Below are positions 53,343-64,000 of a stretch of 64,000 bases of DNA, piece by piece. The DNA comes from Felis catus. Lineage: Eukaryota. How positions within the stretch are numbered: position 1 is the first letter of the stretch; the number at the start of each line of letters is the position of its first letter. The notes beneath the pieces are model-generated. The model had not been told where the DNA came from. It made no database searches and was given only the letters and a program-made list of their open reading frames with translations. The stretch is from NCBI RefSeq assembly GCF_018350175.1, contig NC_058368.1, positions 67,644,001 through 67,708,000 of the forward strand, given 5' to 3'. A program made the translations under genes and the position numbers.

Positions 53343-53558
53343 TTTTTTAAAGTTTATTTATTTTGAGAGAGAGAGAGGGAGAGAGAGAGCTTGCGCACAC
53401 AAGTAAGGGAGGGGCAGAGAGGAGGAGAGACAGAATCCCAAGCAAGCTCCGTGCCATCAGCACAGAGCCCAATGTGGGCTCAAAATCATGAACCGTGAAA
53501 TCATCCCCCGAGCCAAGATCAGGAGTCAGACGCTTAACTGACGCCACCCAGGCATCCC
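53343..53558 (-). mobile_element. Can-SINE
   Basis: Antisense body; TSD aatgttttaatt. Confidence 0.92.
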
Positions 53559-54805
53559 AAATGTTTTAATTACTTTTTACAAGAAAAAAAAAAATCTGAT
53601 CTTTTTCTGTTTGTGGTAACTTCCCCATTTCTCCCAAGAGTTAATTAACAGAGGCTCCAATACAATCAAGTTTCAATAAAACTGTACTCCTTTTGGTGAA
53701 CGCCACAAGATTTCCTAAACCAGCAAATGCTGTTTGCTTGCTCATTGTCTAGCTGTAAGACAACCAGAGTGGTGCCAAGAGCAAATACTGAAGAGTAGAG
53801 GCAAAAGACACGCAAGAAAATGCAGTGTCTTGAACAACTTGATTCCATTTTCTTCATGTTTTTAAATGATTAAAATACCCAATGCCACAAATGAGTATCT
53901 GTTCTTCAATGAGGGGCAACAATCGCTTCATATGGAGCTGTCTGAAGTAAGGGGCACATACAAAATATACTTGCAGAGACTGCCCCACCAAGGAAGAGAA
54001 GTCACTATATCTTTTCAAATAAGAAGATAGAAGAATTAGTTTCAGATATGCAGACAAGTATTTAACACTGCTGCACACATGACAATGTAACTTGCTAATT
54101 TCTCAGGCATGTGCTGCAATGAAAGATAGCATGGGAAATGCTTCTAATTATGGTCATCTGAAAAAGTGAAAAATATTTTAAAGAGTTTTAATTTCATACA
54201 GCACAATTTAAAAATGCATTCTGACTATCCACTAAAAAGGCAATCAGCTGGTAGAGAAGCAAATTGAAGCTCCAAGTCCATATACTTTGTTATAGTTCAC
54301 AAAAGAAATGCAATTTCATGTAACCAATTTCCATTATCAATTCCAAATTATTATTAGCTCCTTGGGAACAAAGATAAATGTTTATTAAATTCATATTTAC
54401 TGTCTCCATTTGAAAATGTATTAATAGAAAATTTGAATGGTAGTTTAGTAAGTTTGGGTTTGCAAACCAAAAATGCTCACAGACTAAATCAATTGGTGAG
54501 AAGAATCTTTCTTCATTTTTCTATTTCTTCTCTCCCCATAAAAAGGCATCTGTTTCAAAAGCAGCATAAATAAGTTCATTTTATTAGAATTACATGGACT
54601 AGATTTAAAACATAACTATTTTGAATGTACAATAGGTCATTCGTTAAAAAGAAAGCCGTAATTTGATTCTACAAAGTGCCCAGATAGTTGGCTGGTATGA
54701 TTTCATAGTATATTTAATGGCTGCATTTTCCAAAAAATAATTCGGGACACTGATTCTCAGTAGATGAGCGTACCTCCCTATAGTGTACATTAGTCATGTG
54801 GGGGA

Positions 54806-56120
54806 CATTTTTTTTTTAATTCAAGTTAACATAGAGCATAGTCTTGGTTTTAGAGGTAGAACCCAGTGACTCATCTCTTATGTATCACACCCAGTGCTCA
54901 TCCCAAAAGGTGCCCTCCTCAATGCCCATGACCCATCTAGCCCTTCGGCTGTTCCCTCGTCTCAGTTATGGTAGGTAATGCTGCCGTGAACACGAGAGCA
55001 CAGAGATCTTCTCAAGTTAGTGCTTTCTTTCCTTTGAATGTTCACCCAGAAGCAGAAATGCTAGACCACATGGTCGTTCTTCTTAAAACTTTTTGAGGAA
55101 CTCTAAGTTGTTTTCCATAGTGACTGCACTAATTTAGACTCCCATCAACAGTGCAAAAGGGCTCCCTTTTCTCCATATCCTCTCACACTTGTCTTTTTGA
55201 GACCTTTTCATGTACATGTGGCCATCTGTAGGTCTCCTTTGAAAAAATACCTATTCAGGTCCTTTGCCCAATTTTTAATCAGATTGTTTTTTTGATACTG
55301 AGTTGTAGGAGTTCCTTATATATTTTTGATATTAACCCCTCCTTACATAAATGATTTATAAATATTTTCTCCCATTCCAGCCATTGCCTTTGGTTTTGTT
55401 AATGGTTTCCTTTGCCGTGCAGAGGCTTAATTTAGTTTGATGTAGACCCATTTCATTTTTTCTTTTCTTTAATTTTGTTGTTCTTTATTTTTACTTTTGT
55501 TGCCTTTGCTTTTGATGTCAAATCCAAAAAAATCACTGCCAAGACCACCGTCAAGGCGCTTTTTTCTTAGGTTTTCTTCTAGGACTTTTACAGTTTCATT
55601 TTTTTTAAGTTTATTTTTATTTTGAGAGAGAAAGCGAGCAGGGGAGGGGAAGAGAGAGAGGGAGAATCCCAAGGCTCTGTGCTGTCAACATGGAGGAGGC
55701 TAAGGCAGGGCTCAAACCCATGAACTATGAGATCATGATCTGAGCTGAAATCAAGAGTCAGATATTAACTGTCTGAGCCACTGTGGCACCCTCATGCTTT
55801 CACATTTTACGTTTAAATTTTAAATACATTTTAAGTTAATTTTTTTGAGTGTTATAAGATAGGGGGCCAGTTCCATTCATTTGCATGTGGTTATCTAGTT
55901 TTTCCAGCATCGTTTAACTGAGTAGGCTTGGATCCCCTGCTGAATATTAGTTGACTATACACGTATGGGTTTATTTCTTGGTTCTCTATTCTGTTACACT
56001 GGTCCATGCGTTCTTATTCCAATACCACACTGTTTTAATACTACAGCTTTGTAATATAGTTTGAAATCAGAACATATGGTGCCTCTAGCTTTGTTCTTCT
56101 TTCTCAAGACTGCTTTAGAT
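54806..56120 (-). mobile_element. Antisense L1 fragments (carnivore L1 3'UTR piece plus an older ORF2 piece), interrupted by a SINE
   Basis: cacccagtgctcatccca...gccctcctcaatgccca; ttttgaggaac...gttttccatagtg; ccaataccacactgtttt...gctttgtaatatagtttgaaatcag. Confidence 0.8.
55598..55791 (-). mobile_element. Can-SINE nested in an L1 relic
   Basis: Antisense body with (GA)n tract and T tail. Confidence 0.88.
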
Positions 56121-57272
56121 TTTAAAGCTGCTGCAATTAAAATGTTATATTTGTGTAGAATAGACATATATTACTGGAACAGAGTCTAAAAACATACATG
56201 CCTGTAAGAAAACTTGGTATGTGATGGCTTAGAATAAAGACTTAACTGTTTAATAAATCATGTGGGAGCCAATACTCTTCTATATGGAAAAATTAGAATC
56301 CTATCTCTACCTTACAGCATATTCAAATACATTCTAGAGGGATTAAAGACCAAAACATAAAGGATGGCATTTTGTCACAAGAAAATATAGGAGAATGTCC
56401 TTATGACACCGCAAAGGAAACCATTAAAGAAAAGGTGGATAAGTCTGATTAAATCTCTATACTTGTGCTGAACCAAAGATGTCGTAATTTTTTTTTAATA
56501 CTAGAAATATACTAGAAGATGTTTGCAAGCTATGGAAGATTAGTATTCAGAATATATTTGTTAAAATCTGTATATGAGAAAAAGAAAAACCCAAAAAATC
56601 TAAGATAAAAATAGGTGAAGAATATGGATAGGCAATTAACAAGTATATCTGCAATGTTTTTATTACTTTTTACATTATTATGCAAGTAATTATATATTTC
56701 AATATAAAACACTCTTTCCGTGTTGGGCATATAGCAGTAAAATAAGAAAAGTCTTTCTAATGGTCATTATATTCTAGTAAATATGTGTGAGTTTGGTTGT
56801 GTGGGGTGGAGGGGATGGATAGTGCAGAGGTATAAAAGAAAACTTGAGATATAGCAATGAGTGCTACAAAGTCATTAGACCACAATAATGTGATAAAAGT
56901 GTGAGAGCAATGAGAAGTTGAAAAGGTGGGAACACATTTGACCAGAAACTTGAGTAAAGAAATAGTCACCTGTCCAAAGACATAGTTAAAAGCATTTCTG
57001 TATCAGGGTTCACATGATATATATAATCAGTATTATCAATTAGATTTTCTCGAAGTAATATTTTCATTAAAAATAACTATGAATCCTAGCAAATATTATA
57101 TGCATTATGGTTTTGGTTTTTATCCAAGCTTTAAATCTGTTTCAGATTTAAGAAGAAAGGAATCTGAAAAGAAATATCAACAGGATAATTCCAGAAAAGG
57201 ATACAGAATCCCAATATATTTTTCCACTAAAATTCACATTTGATAGTTGTATTAATTTTTTAAAAATCTTTA

Positions 57273-57472
57273 GGGGTGCCTGAGTGGCTCAGTTGGTTAA
57301 GCATCAGACTCTGAGTTTTGCCTCAGGTCATTATCTCATTGTTCAGGAGTTCAAGGCCCACATTGGGACTGCACTGACAGAGAGGACCCTGCTTGGGATT
57401 CTCTCTCTTCTCTGTCCCTTCCCTGCTCTCATGAGCTCTCTCTTTCAAAATAAATAATTTAAAACATTTTTT
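57273..57472 (+). mobile_element. Can-SINE
   Basis: Typical body; TSD aaaatcttta. Confidence 0.9.
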
Positions 57473-57571
57473 TAAAATCTTTAACCGTTCAGGAAGAAAT
57501 CATGTAAAATCTGGTGAGGAAATTATTAAACAGGTTTTTTATAGCCAAAATAATCTCGGATAAAACTGTAC

Positions 57572-57746
57572 CTGAATATAATGTCGAAGAACATATAGGA
57601 TTTCCCCATTTTTTGCTTTTTCAGACAATACTGGGTGAAATTTACCAAATGCTCTGGTACCCATTTCAGCATAGAGTATAATCACTGGTAAGTTCTCTTT
57701 GTTTGTAGGAAATTTATGATCTCCTTTAAATAGATAAGGTCTGGGC
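57572..57746 (-). CDS. UGGT2: UGGT2 coding exon (~exon 5, 175 nt): (R)PRPYLFKGDHKFPTNKENLPVIILYAEMGTRAFGKFHPVLSEKAKNGEILYVLRHYIQ
   Basis: Acceptor tttcattttag, donor CAG|gtacag; the peptide is visible in ORF 57539..57766(-). Confidence 0.96.
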
Positions 57747-57863
57747 CTAAAATGAAAACAAAACACAAACTTTTAAAAAAGTCAAAGAACATATGAGAAA
57801 TACATCATGACCTTTTATAATTTCTGCTTATCAAATAACTTACAGATAAAATTACACACGTTT

Positions 57864-57873
57864 CGTGTGTGTA

Positions 57874-57907
<34 letters not shown>
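57864..57907. repeat. (TG)n microsatellite, ~120 nt upstream of the exon ~5 acceptor
   Basis: Direct reading. Confidence 0.95.
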
Positions 57908-57908
<1 letters not shown>

Positions 57909-58844
57909 CACCAAAAAGAGTTTAAACTTCCTGTGGTAAATTTTCATTTACCACAGTTAACATAGTAACTACCATGGGAGAATTAAAAAATGTAAACAAA
58001 ATATACCTGCAAAATAACTTTACTCATACACAAAACAATACACACATAAGACAGAATACAATATAAACATGCTGCAGAATTTTATGGATATATGTCAATA
58101 ACTGAGAAAGAATACATCTAATATATGAAATCAGAGGGAATCAATAGAAAGTGGCTTCTACTAAAGACAGAAAAGAAACCTGGTTAACCCGAAACAGTAT
58201 TAGGAATATTTTTAATGACAAAAGTTCACAATCTTTAAATAACAACATATAATGGCAATATATTTTTCAATGAAATAAAATCTATATTTTGTTCAATTAG
58301 AAGAGTAATTTTTCATAGCTCGTGTTTCCTGAAAATGGGTTCCAAATATTTAAAAAACAAAGGCACTATATCAAAGATTATCAGTACTTAATAACCCATT
58401 AAGCCCGCAAGGATAATCAGAGAAATACTATAGTCCAGCCCTATCATAAACAGACTTTGATATCTTTTAATTTTCCAGGCACTATGCTAGATTTTTTGTA
58501 CATATTACATTCTATCTTCCCAACAATTCCTGTAGATAGTTACTATCATTTACTTAATACTTTAAAGGTTTCTGAGGCTCAGACAAGTTAAATATCCACA
58601 GCAAGATCAAACAGAAAGCCAAATTTCAACTCCTATCCATAAATAGGAATCCTAAAGCCACATCTTTTAACAATTATATAGGTAGAAAGAAAAAAGAGAT
58701 ACTGAATAGCAAAGGTGTTGAGAAGTAACATTTAATGAATTCAGATCTCTATAGCCTTTTAGTCATTTACTACCTTTAAAACACAAATACAAAGAAAAGG
58801 GGAGAGGGAAAGGAGGTATGAATAACAAAGCTACAGCATGCTAG

Positions 58845-59070
58845 TGAAAAGGCTGTGGGTTTTGAAATTAGGCAGAATTGGATTCAAGTTCTAATTTAAC
58901 TACTTACTAGCTATGTGTCCCTGCACCAGTGATTTGATCTCTCTTGGGCTTATTTCTTTATCAGCTCAAGAGGAGGAATTCTTGCTACCGCCTAGGTAGC
59001 TTTACCAAAAGGACTTGCAAATCATCTAGCAGAGCATGAAGCACATGTGTGATGCTCAAGAAATGATCAT
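58845..59070 (+). mobile_element. MIR relic
   Basis: ggattcaagttct...tacttactagctatgtgtcc...ctctcttgggcttatttctt. Confidence 0.55.
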
Positions 59071-59738
59071 TTTTCTCTACGTCTAGCAAACCTCCATTTA
59101 CTTAAACTATCGACCAAGAGTACCATCAAGGATCCACAGAACATCCAACCAAGTGTTGGACGTTATACCACCATTAATGATGAAAGTAGGGGGTATTAAT
59201 CTATATAGTTATGATTATATAATCTTATTTCCAAAAAGACATACAAGAACTTAATAGCACTGTTGATTATGGAGAGTTCTAGAAAACTGGAATAAATAAG
59301 AATCATATAATTTGCTGTATGTATATGTCGCATTATTCTAATTTTCAATGTTTAAACTTAATACATTGGGAACATGTCCTTTTAGTGTAAATAAACATAA
59401 AATGCATCAAAACAATAGAGACAAATACTACACTTAGATGAAAATACTGAATTGTTAGGTCATTTTCTATTGATTCCCTCAGGTTCCATACACTAGATAC
59501 ATATAGGATTCTTTTTCACTTATTGACATAACTATAAAATTTTACAGCATGTTTATATTACAATCTTATTATATGTTTATTATATTGTTTTGTATGTAAG
59601 GGAAGTTATTTTGTAGGCATATTTTCTTTACATTTTTTAATTCACCCACAGTAATTAACCTGCATAGTGTAAGAATGAAAATTCTCAATCAAAATTTAAA
59701 ATGAAAATTGAATATTTTTATCAAGAAGTATAATCCTA

Positions 59739-59950
59739 GGGGTGCCTGGGTGGCTCAACTGGTTAAGCATCCGACTTTGGTTGAGGTCACAACATCAGGT
59801 TTTGTGAGTTCAAGCCCTGTGTCGGGCTCTGTGCTGACAGCTTGGAGCCTGGAGCCTGCTTCAGATTCTGTCTGTCTGTCTCTCTCTCTGTGTCCCTCCC
59901 CTGCTCACATTCTCTCTCTCAAAAATAAACACTAGAAAAAAATTTTAAAA
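59739..59950 (+). mobile_element. Can-SINE (SINEC_Fc-like)
   Basis: Typical body; TSD aagtataat. Confidence 0.92.
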
Positions 59951-60617
59951 AGTATAATTTTAAATATGAAAAATTACAGAATAATCTATTACTTATTTGA
60001 GCTAAACAGAAATTGATAAAAATCATCTAGTGATAACCATGGCCTGTTAGAGAAACATTTCTAAAATACTGATAAGAAATTTACAGACTTTCTACAACAA
60101 ACTATGGTAAATAATTAATGTTTCAATTTTCTGGCATGGCTGGAAAATTGTACATGTATAAATTATACCTTCTAATAGAGAAATTCAAATTTCTATTTTG
60201 TTTAATTATTACAGAATAAGGCTTACCAATGAATATAAGTTTACTTTTACATTTTAAAAATGACTAAAATACTATGTTCCTGGTTATTAGCTTAACTTTC
60301 TTTAAATCCAAATCACTCAAGTGCTCAATAAATCTAACAGAATGAAAACTTTCCACCAATTATTTGGCTTAAAGCATGTGAAATTTGTGGACTTCAGTAT
60401 GGGGAATGGGGTTTACTTCAGGTGTATAAATGACCTGAGTTCAAGCATCTTTACACTGGTTTACAGAGGACTTTCACAGTATGTATGCACACTCATCAAC
60501 ATTCTTCTAATAAATTTCTTTTCAAGTTTTACACATTCATCTGTATTTATTAGCATTTAACATAAGATAGGATTTTACAAATATTACTGTTAAAAAAAAT
60601 TCAAATATCCAAACATT

Positions 60618-60815
60618 AAGTTTATTTTTGAGACAGAGAGAGACAGAGCATGAATGGGGGAGGGGCAGAGAGAGAGGGAAACACAGAATGGGAAACAGGC
60701 TCCAGGCTCTGAGCCATCAGCCCAGAGCCCCATGCGGGGTTCGAACTCACGGACCGCGAGATCATGACCTGAGATGAAGTCGGACGCTTAACCGACTGAG
60801 CCACCCAGGCGCCCC
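60618..60815 (-). mobile_element. Young SINEC_Fc-type SINE with inverted flanking repeats
   Basis: CpG-rich antisense body; flanks ttcaaatatccaaacatt / aatgtttggatatttgaa. Confidence 0.95.
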
Positions 60816-61329
60816 AATGTTTGGATATTTGAAACTTGAAATCTTATCCAAAGAAGAGCTGAATTCACAACATCTCTTCTGCAACAGATGAAGACAGATG
60901 AATACACAAAACAAGAAAACGGAATGAGTTGCTATTTTTCGTAGGATCCTATTAATAAACACAAAAAAATACTAAACCCACACTTCACATTTAAAAAGTA
61001 AAAAGGAATCAAACTAGATGAAATTATTATCATTTATTTTCACTGATACCTTGGAACTCAAATGGCACTAAGTCAAATGGACTGTCATGTAAAAAAACTG
61101 ATTTTTATCAAATCAGTACTATAGAAGTACATTTCATAATTTATACAGGATACCTTACATTTTAATATTAGTCTGAAAGATAATTCTTTCAAATAATTTG
61201 CTATTGTTAGTAATTGGAAAGACTGCTAATGAAACAATGCTCGTAGATAAATCTTTAGGCTGAAAATAAAAACTAGAAGAAAGGGAACAGATTTCCCAGA
61301 GACAAAGATCTCCCGACTGTAGATCCCCC

Positions 61330-61901
61330 CTCACCCCAAATTCATGTATGAATATGAAAACTGGAAAAATTTCATCTGAATATTAATCATGCAATTCCCT
61401 GTACTTCTGTGCCCAGAGAAGCCTTGGTTTAGGCCATGTATGAAGACTGACGCTGCAGCTACAAGGTGCAAGTTTAACAATTTTGGAACAGGAACGACAT
61501 GTGCCACTTTTAGGTTTAATGTATTTGGGAAAAGTGGGCCCAGTTCCACTGGGGATGGGGATTGCTTTTTTGACCCTTTTATCGTCCCCAGTGAATATGT
61601 GCAGTGCCAGCAAAGATCAGGTAGATATAAACTCCCTCGTACAGGTTGTAAGCGATGGAAGACCGACATTAGACTACATCCCATCTGTCCAAAAGAGGAA
61701 ATACTAGGCCCCTTGGGACTTATTCAGAGTTGGCTGAACCTGGAATCCTGCGGGCAAGGCTGAGGCTAATCCTGCAGATGGACCTCATCCTGCCACTTGG
61801 AGTCCTGTTGACAGTAGCCTTAACTAAACACTTTAAGAGACAACAGAATCGCTCATAAAAATATGAGTTTGGTCAAGAATTTGCCAGGCCAAGGGATGGA
61901 T
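61330..61901 (+). mobile_element. Decayed ERV internal segment with env TM remnant, adjoining the LTR40-like LTR
   Basis: QVDINSLVQVVSDGRPTLDYI (61618-61680) resembles the gamma-type env immunosuppressive domain; RLILQMDLILPLGVLLTVALTK (~61760-61830) resembles a membrane anchor; the left boundary is approximate. Confidence 0.6.
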
Positions 61902-62319
61902 TGTTGGGAGAGGCACTCTGCCAGGGCCCTTGACTGTCCTTCTGGCTATGTCAAGACTGACAGGCCATTTCTCAGGGTTCGCAGCAAGTAACTTTGAGGG
62001 GTATGTTAGCATCTCACTCTGGGACAAACAGCAGGTTGCTTACTGCTTGTTATAAGAGATAAAGCTCCCCCAGCTCTGTGTCCTTCAGCTGCGACCTACC
62101 CATGGCTTGTGTAGTATTCTTGTGGGTCCATTTTCACCCCGGGGGTATGTGGAGCCAAGGGAACTGGTGCTAACCATATGCTAATGCATGGCCGTTGTGT
62201 CCATGAATAGTTCTTTGTTTCTGACCAAGAGCCTCCAGCCTTTGGCCAGAATCCATGAAACAGCCAGAGGCAAGCTTATCAGCTTGTAGGTAGGGCCAAA
62301 TCAATTCCACAGCCTGAGA
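61902..62319 (+). mobile_element. Ancient LTR40-like (ERVL-class) 3' LTR
   Basis: Starts TGTTGGGAG directly after a purine tract (aagggatgga); its 3' part (gggaactggtgc...tttgtttctgacc...atccatgaaac...agcttgtaggtaggg) resembles LTR40 as I recall it. Confidence 0.7.
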
Positions 62320-62461
62320 GAAGCTATTTATAGCATTAGGTTAACACGCTTTTCTTTTTGTGAATCTTAGGCACATAATCCTTGGTTCAGGACACACTAT
62401 CAATATTCATCCACAGTGGTTGTTTTCTTATTTAAGCAAATAACATACATATACATACATC

Positions 62462-62471
<10 letters not shown>

Positions 62472-62507
<36 letters not shown>
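62472..62507. repeat. (CA)n microsatellite
   Basis: Direct reading. Confidence 0.95.
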
Positions 62508-62511
<4 letters not shown>

Positions 62512-62776
62512 TATAAAGTATGTCGGTAACATACTTTTTCCCCTCTGTAGATGTTTCTCATCCCTAAATTTTCTTCAGTTTTCATTTTCTTTCATGTTTT
62601 CTGGGTTAGATTTTTAGTTTTTCTTTAAAGAAATGACTGATTAGTAACAACAGAAAAGGAAAAATTCTATTACCTTTGCATTCATGTTATTTTCTTTTGC
62701 CTTGAGCTAAACCCTTGGTTTATTTTTTCCATTTTTATATCATAAAAACAAAAAATTAAAAACAGGAACTATGCTA

Positions 62777-62956
62777 AGTTAATTTTTGAGAGAGAGAGAG
62801 TGAGGGAGGGGCAGAGAGAGGAGAAAGAGAATCCTAAACAGGCTCCATGTCATCAGTGTGGAACCTGAGACGGGGCTCAATCCCACGAACCACGAGATCA
62901 TGACCTGAGCCAAATCCAAGAGTCAGATGCTGAACTGACCAAGTCACCCAGGTGCC
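62777..62956 (-). mobile_element. Can-SINE
   Basis: Antisense body. Confidence 0.88.
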
Positions 62957-63586
62957 ACACCGTTCTTTCCTATGTGGCATTTTTATCATCCCAATTTCAA
63001 AAAAAACAAGAGACAAAAAACCTCCTTAATAGTTTTATTTCCCTGTTGGGGGTAGGGAGGAGAAAAATCATACTTACCTAGGATGCCAAGGATTCCTGTC
63101 ACCTTCTCTCAAACACATAAGCACATTTTAATATAACATCTGTCAAATTCTAGGGCGGATCCACAGCACAGATCTTTGATCAGGAGGTAGGGAAAAAACA
63201 AATCATTCTACCTTTTTTTGGCTAGTACATTGTTATGTTTTAAGTGGTAAACAGCTTAACTTGACTCAGACTAAAAGAATGGGTCTAACACCGTGTGTAT
63301 CTACTCAGACTGGCAGATGGGAAGCTGTGATTTTTTCTCGCAGCATACAGCCCCAAAGAGGGGTGCCTCTGCTTTGCCGGTTGGTAGTCCCCCAACTGGC
63401 AGACCAGACAGGTAGGCCTCTGGCAACAGCCCAAGAGTCAGTATAAATGTACCAAATTTCATCAAGGGGTCAGAGGTAGGAGGACTGCCTTGAACTCTGC
63501 CCACTGAATGAACACATCTGCTGTTGGTGTTACATAGCTGGGGCCTGAATGAACAGCAGCAGCAGACTGCCGACATCACCAGTTTT

Positions 63587-63787
63587 GGAGCGCCTGGCGA
63601 GGGGGCTCAGTCGGTTAAGCATCCGACTTCGGCTCAGGTCATGATCTCGCGGTTCATGGGTTCAAGCCCCACATCAGGCTCTGTGCTGACAGCTCAGAGC
63701 CTGGAGCCTGCTTCAGATTCTTTGTCTCTCTCTCTGCCCCTCCCCTGCTCACATGCTGTCTCTCTCTCTCAAACATTAAAAAAAAAG
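63587..63787 (+). mobile_element. Can-SINE (SINEC_Fc-like)
   Basis: Typical body and A tail. Confidence 0.92.
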
Positions 63788-64000
63788 ATACAACCAGCTT
63801 TACCTTAGCTGAACAGACCAGTAACTTAGTCCAGGCATTAAGGAAAACCACTGTGGACTAAGAGCTCCACTGAGCCAAGAAACTTCACTTGAGGTAGTGG
63901 AATGGGGCCCATGGTTTGTCCCCAAGGGCAGCTACCACTTTTTCATGTAAATCTAAGATCATGCTAAGTCAAGACAACTATGCTCTTGAACATACCATTT

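Larger units (their letters stand above)
662..57746 (-). other. UGGT2: UGGT2 gene, internal portion (9 coding exons, probably exons 5-13); the gene extends beyond both window ends
   Basis: Nine GT-AG exons join in phase into one 970-nt stop-free frame, RPRPYLFKGDHKFP...LSGYGVELAIKSTEYKALDD...PSIRRNFHNL, which matches the UGGT2 N-terminal thioredoxin-like region as I recall it. Confidence 0.97.

Noticed and set aside
57747..64000. Search for the preceding UGGT2 exon (~exon 4), and for exon ~14 in 1-661
   Set aside because: No matching peptide found; both presumably lie outside the window, so their absence is not evidence of exon loss.
1..64000. A previously undescribed multi-component biological system
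   Set aside because: All coding signal is accounted for by UGGT2 exons and transposon relics; the oddities found are local mutational or splicing features.

Overview
AT-rich mammalian genomic DNA, very probably from a felid, judged from the many Can-SINE/SINEC_Fc-type SINEs and carnivore L1s. The whole window lies inside one gene on the minus strand, UGGT2 (UDP-glucose:glycoprotein glucosyltransferase 2). Nine consecutive internal coding exons (175, 97, 73, 101, 100, 61, 92, 151 and 120 nt; 970 nt in total) have GT-AG borders and splice into one open reading frame. By my recollection of the human gene these are exons 5-13. The introns are mostly transposon-derived: a full-length but dead ~6.7 kb L1, a 4.4 kb 5'-truncated L1, ~18 Can-SINEs, older L1/L2/MIR/MER/MaLR relics, a 713-bp solo LTR with a 6-bp TSD, an LTR40-like LTR preceded by an env remnant, a 28S rRNA fragment and a perfect (GGGCGAGGGA)x~30 array. 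I found no new multi-gene system. The notable observations are local: a self-templated ORF2-into-ORF1 insertion in the L1, a SINE with an inverted TSD, the G-rich decamer expansion, a CpG/GC peak over ancient repeats, a NAGNAG acceptor and a candidate poison exon. Repeat family names and human exon numbers are from memory, not from a database search.
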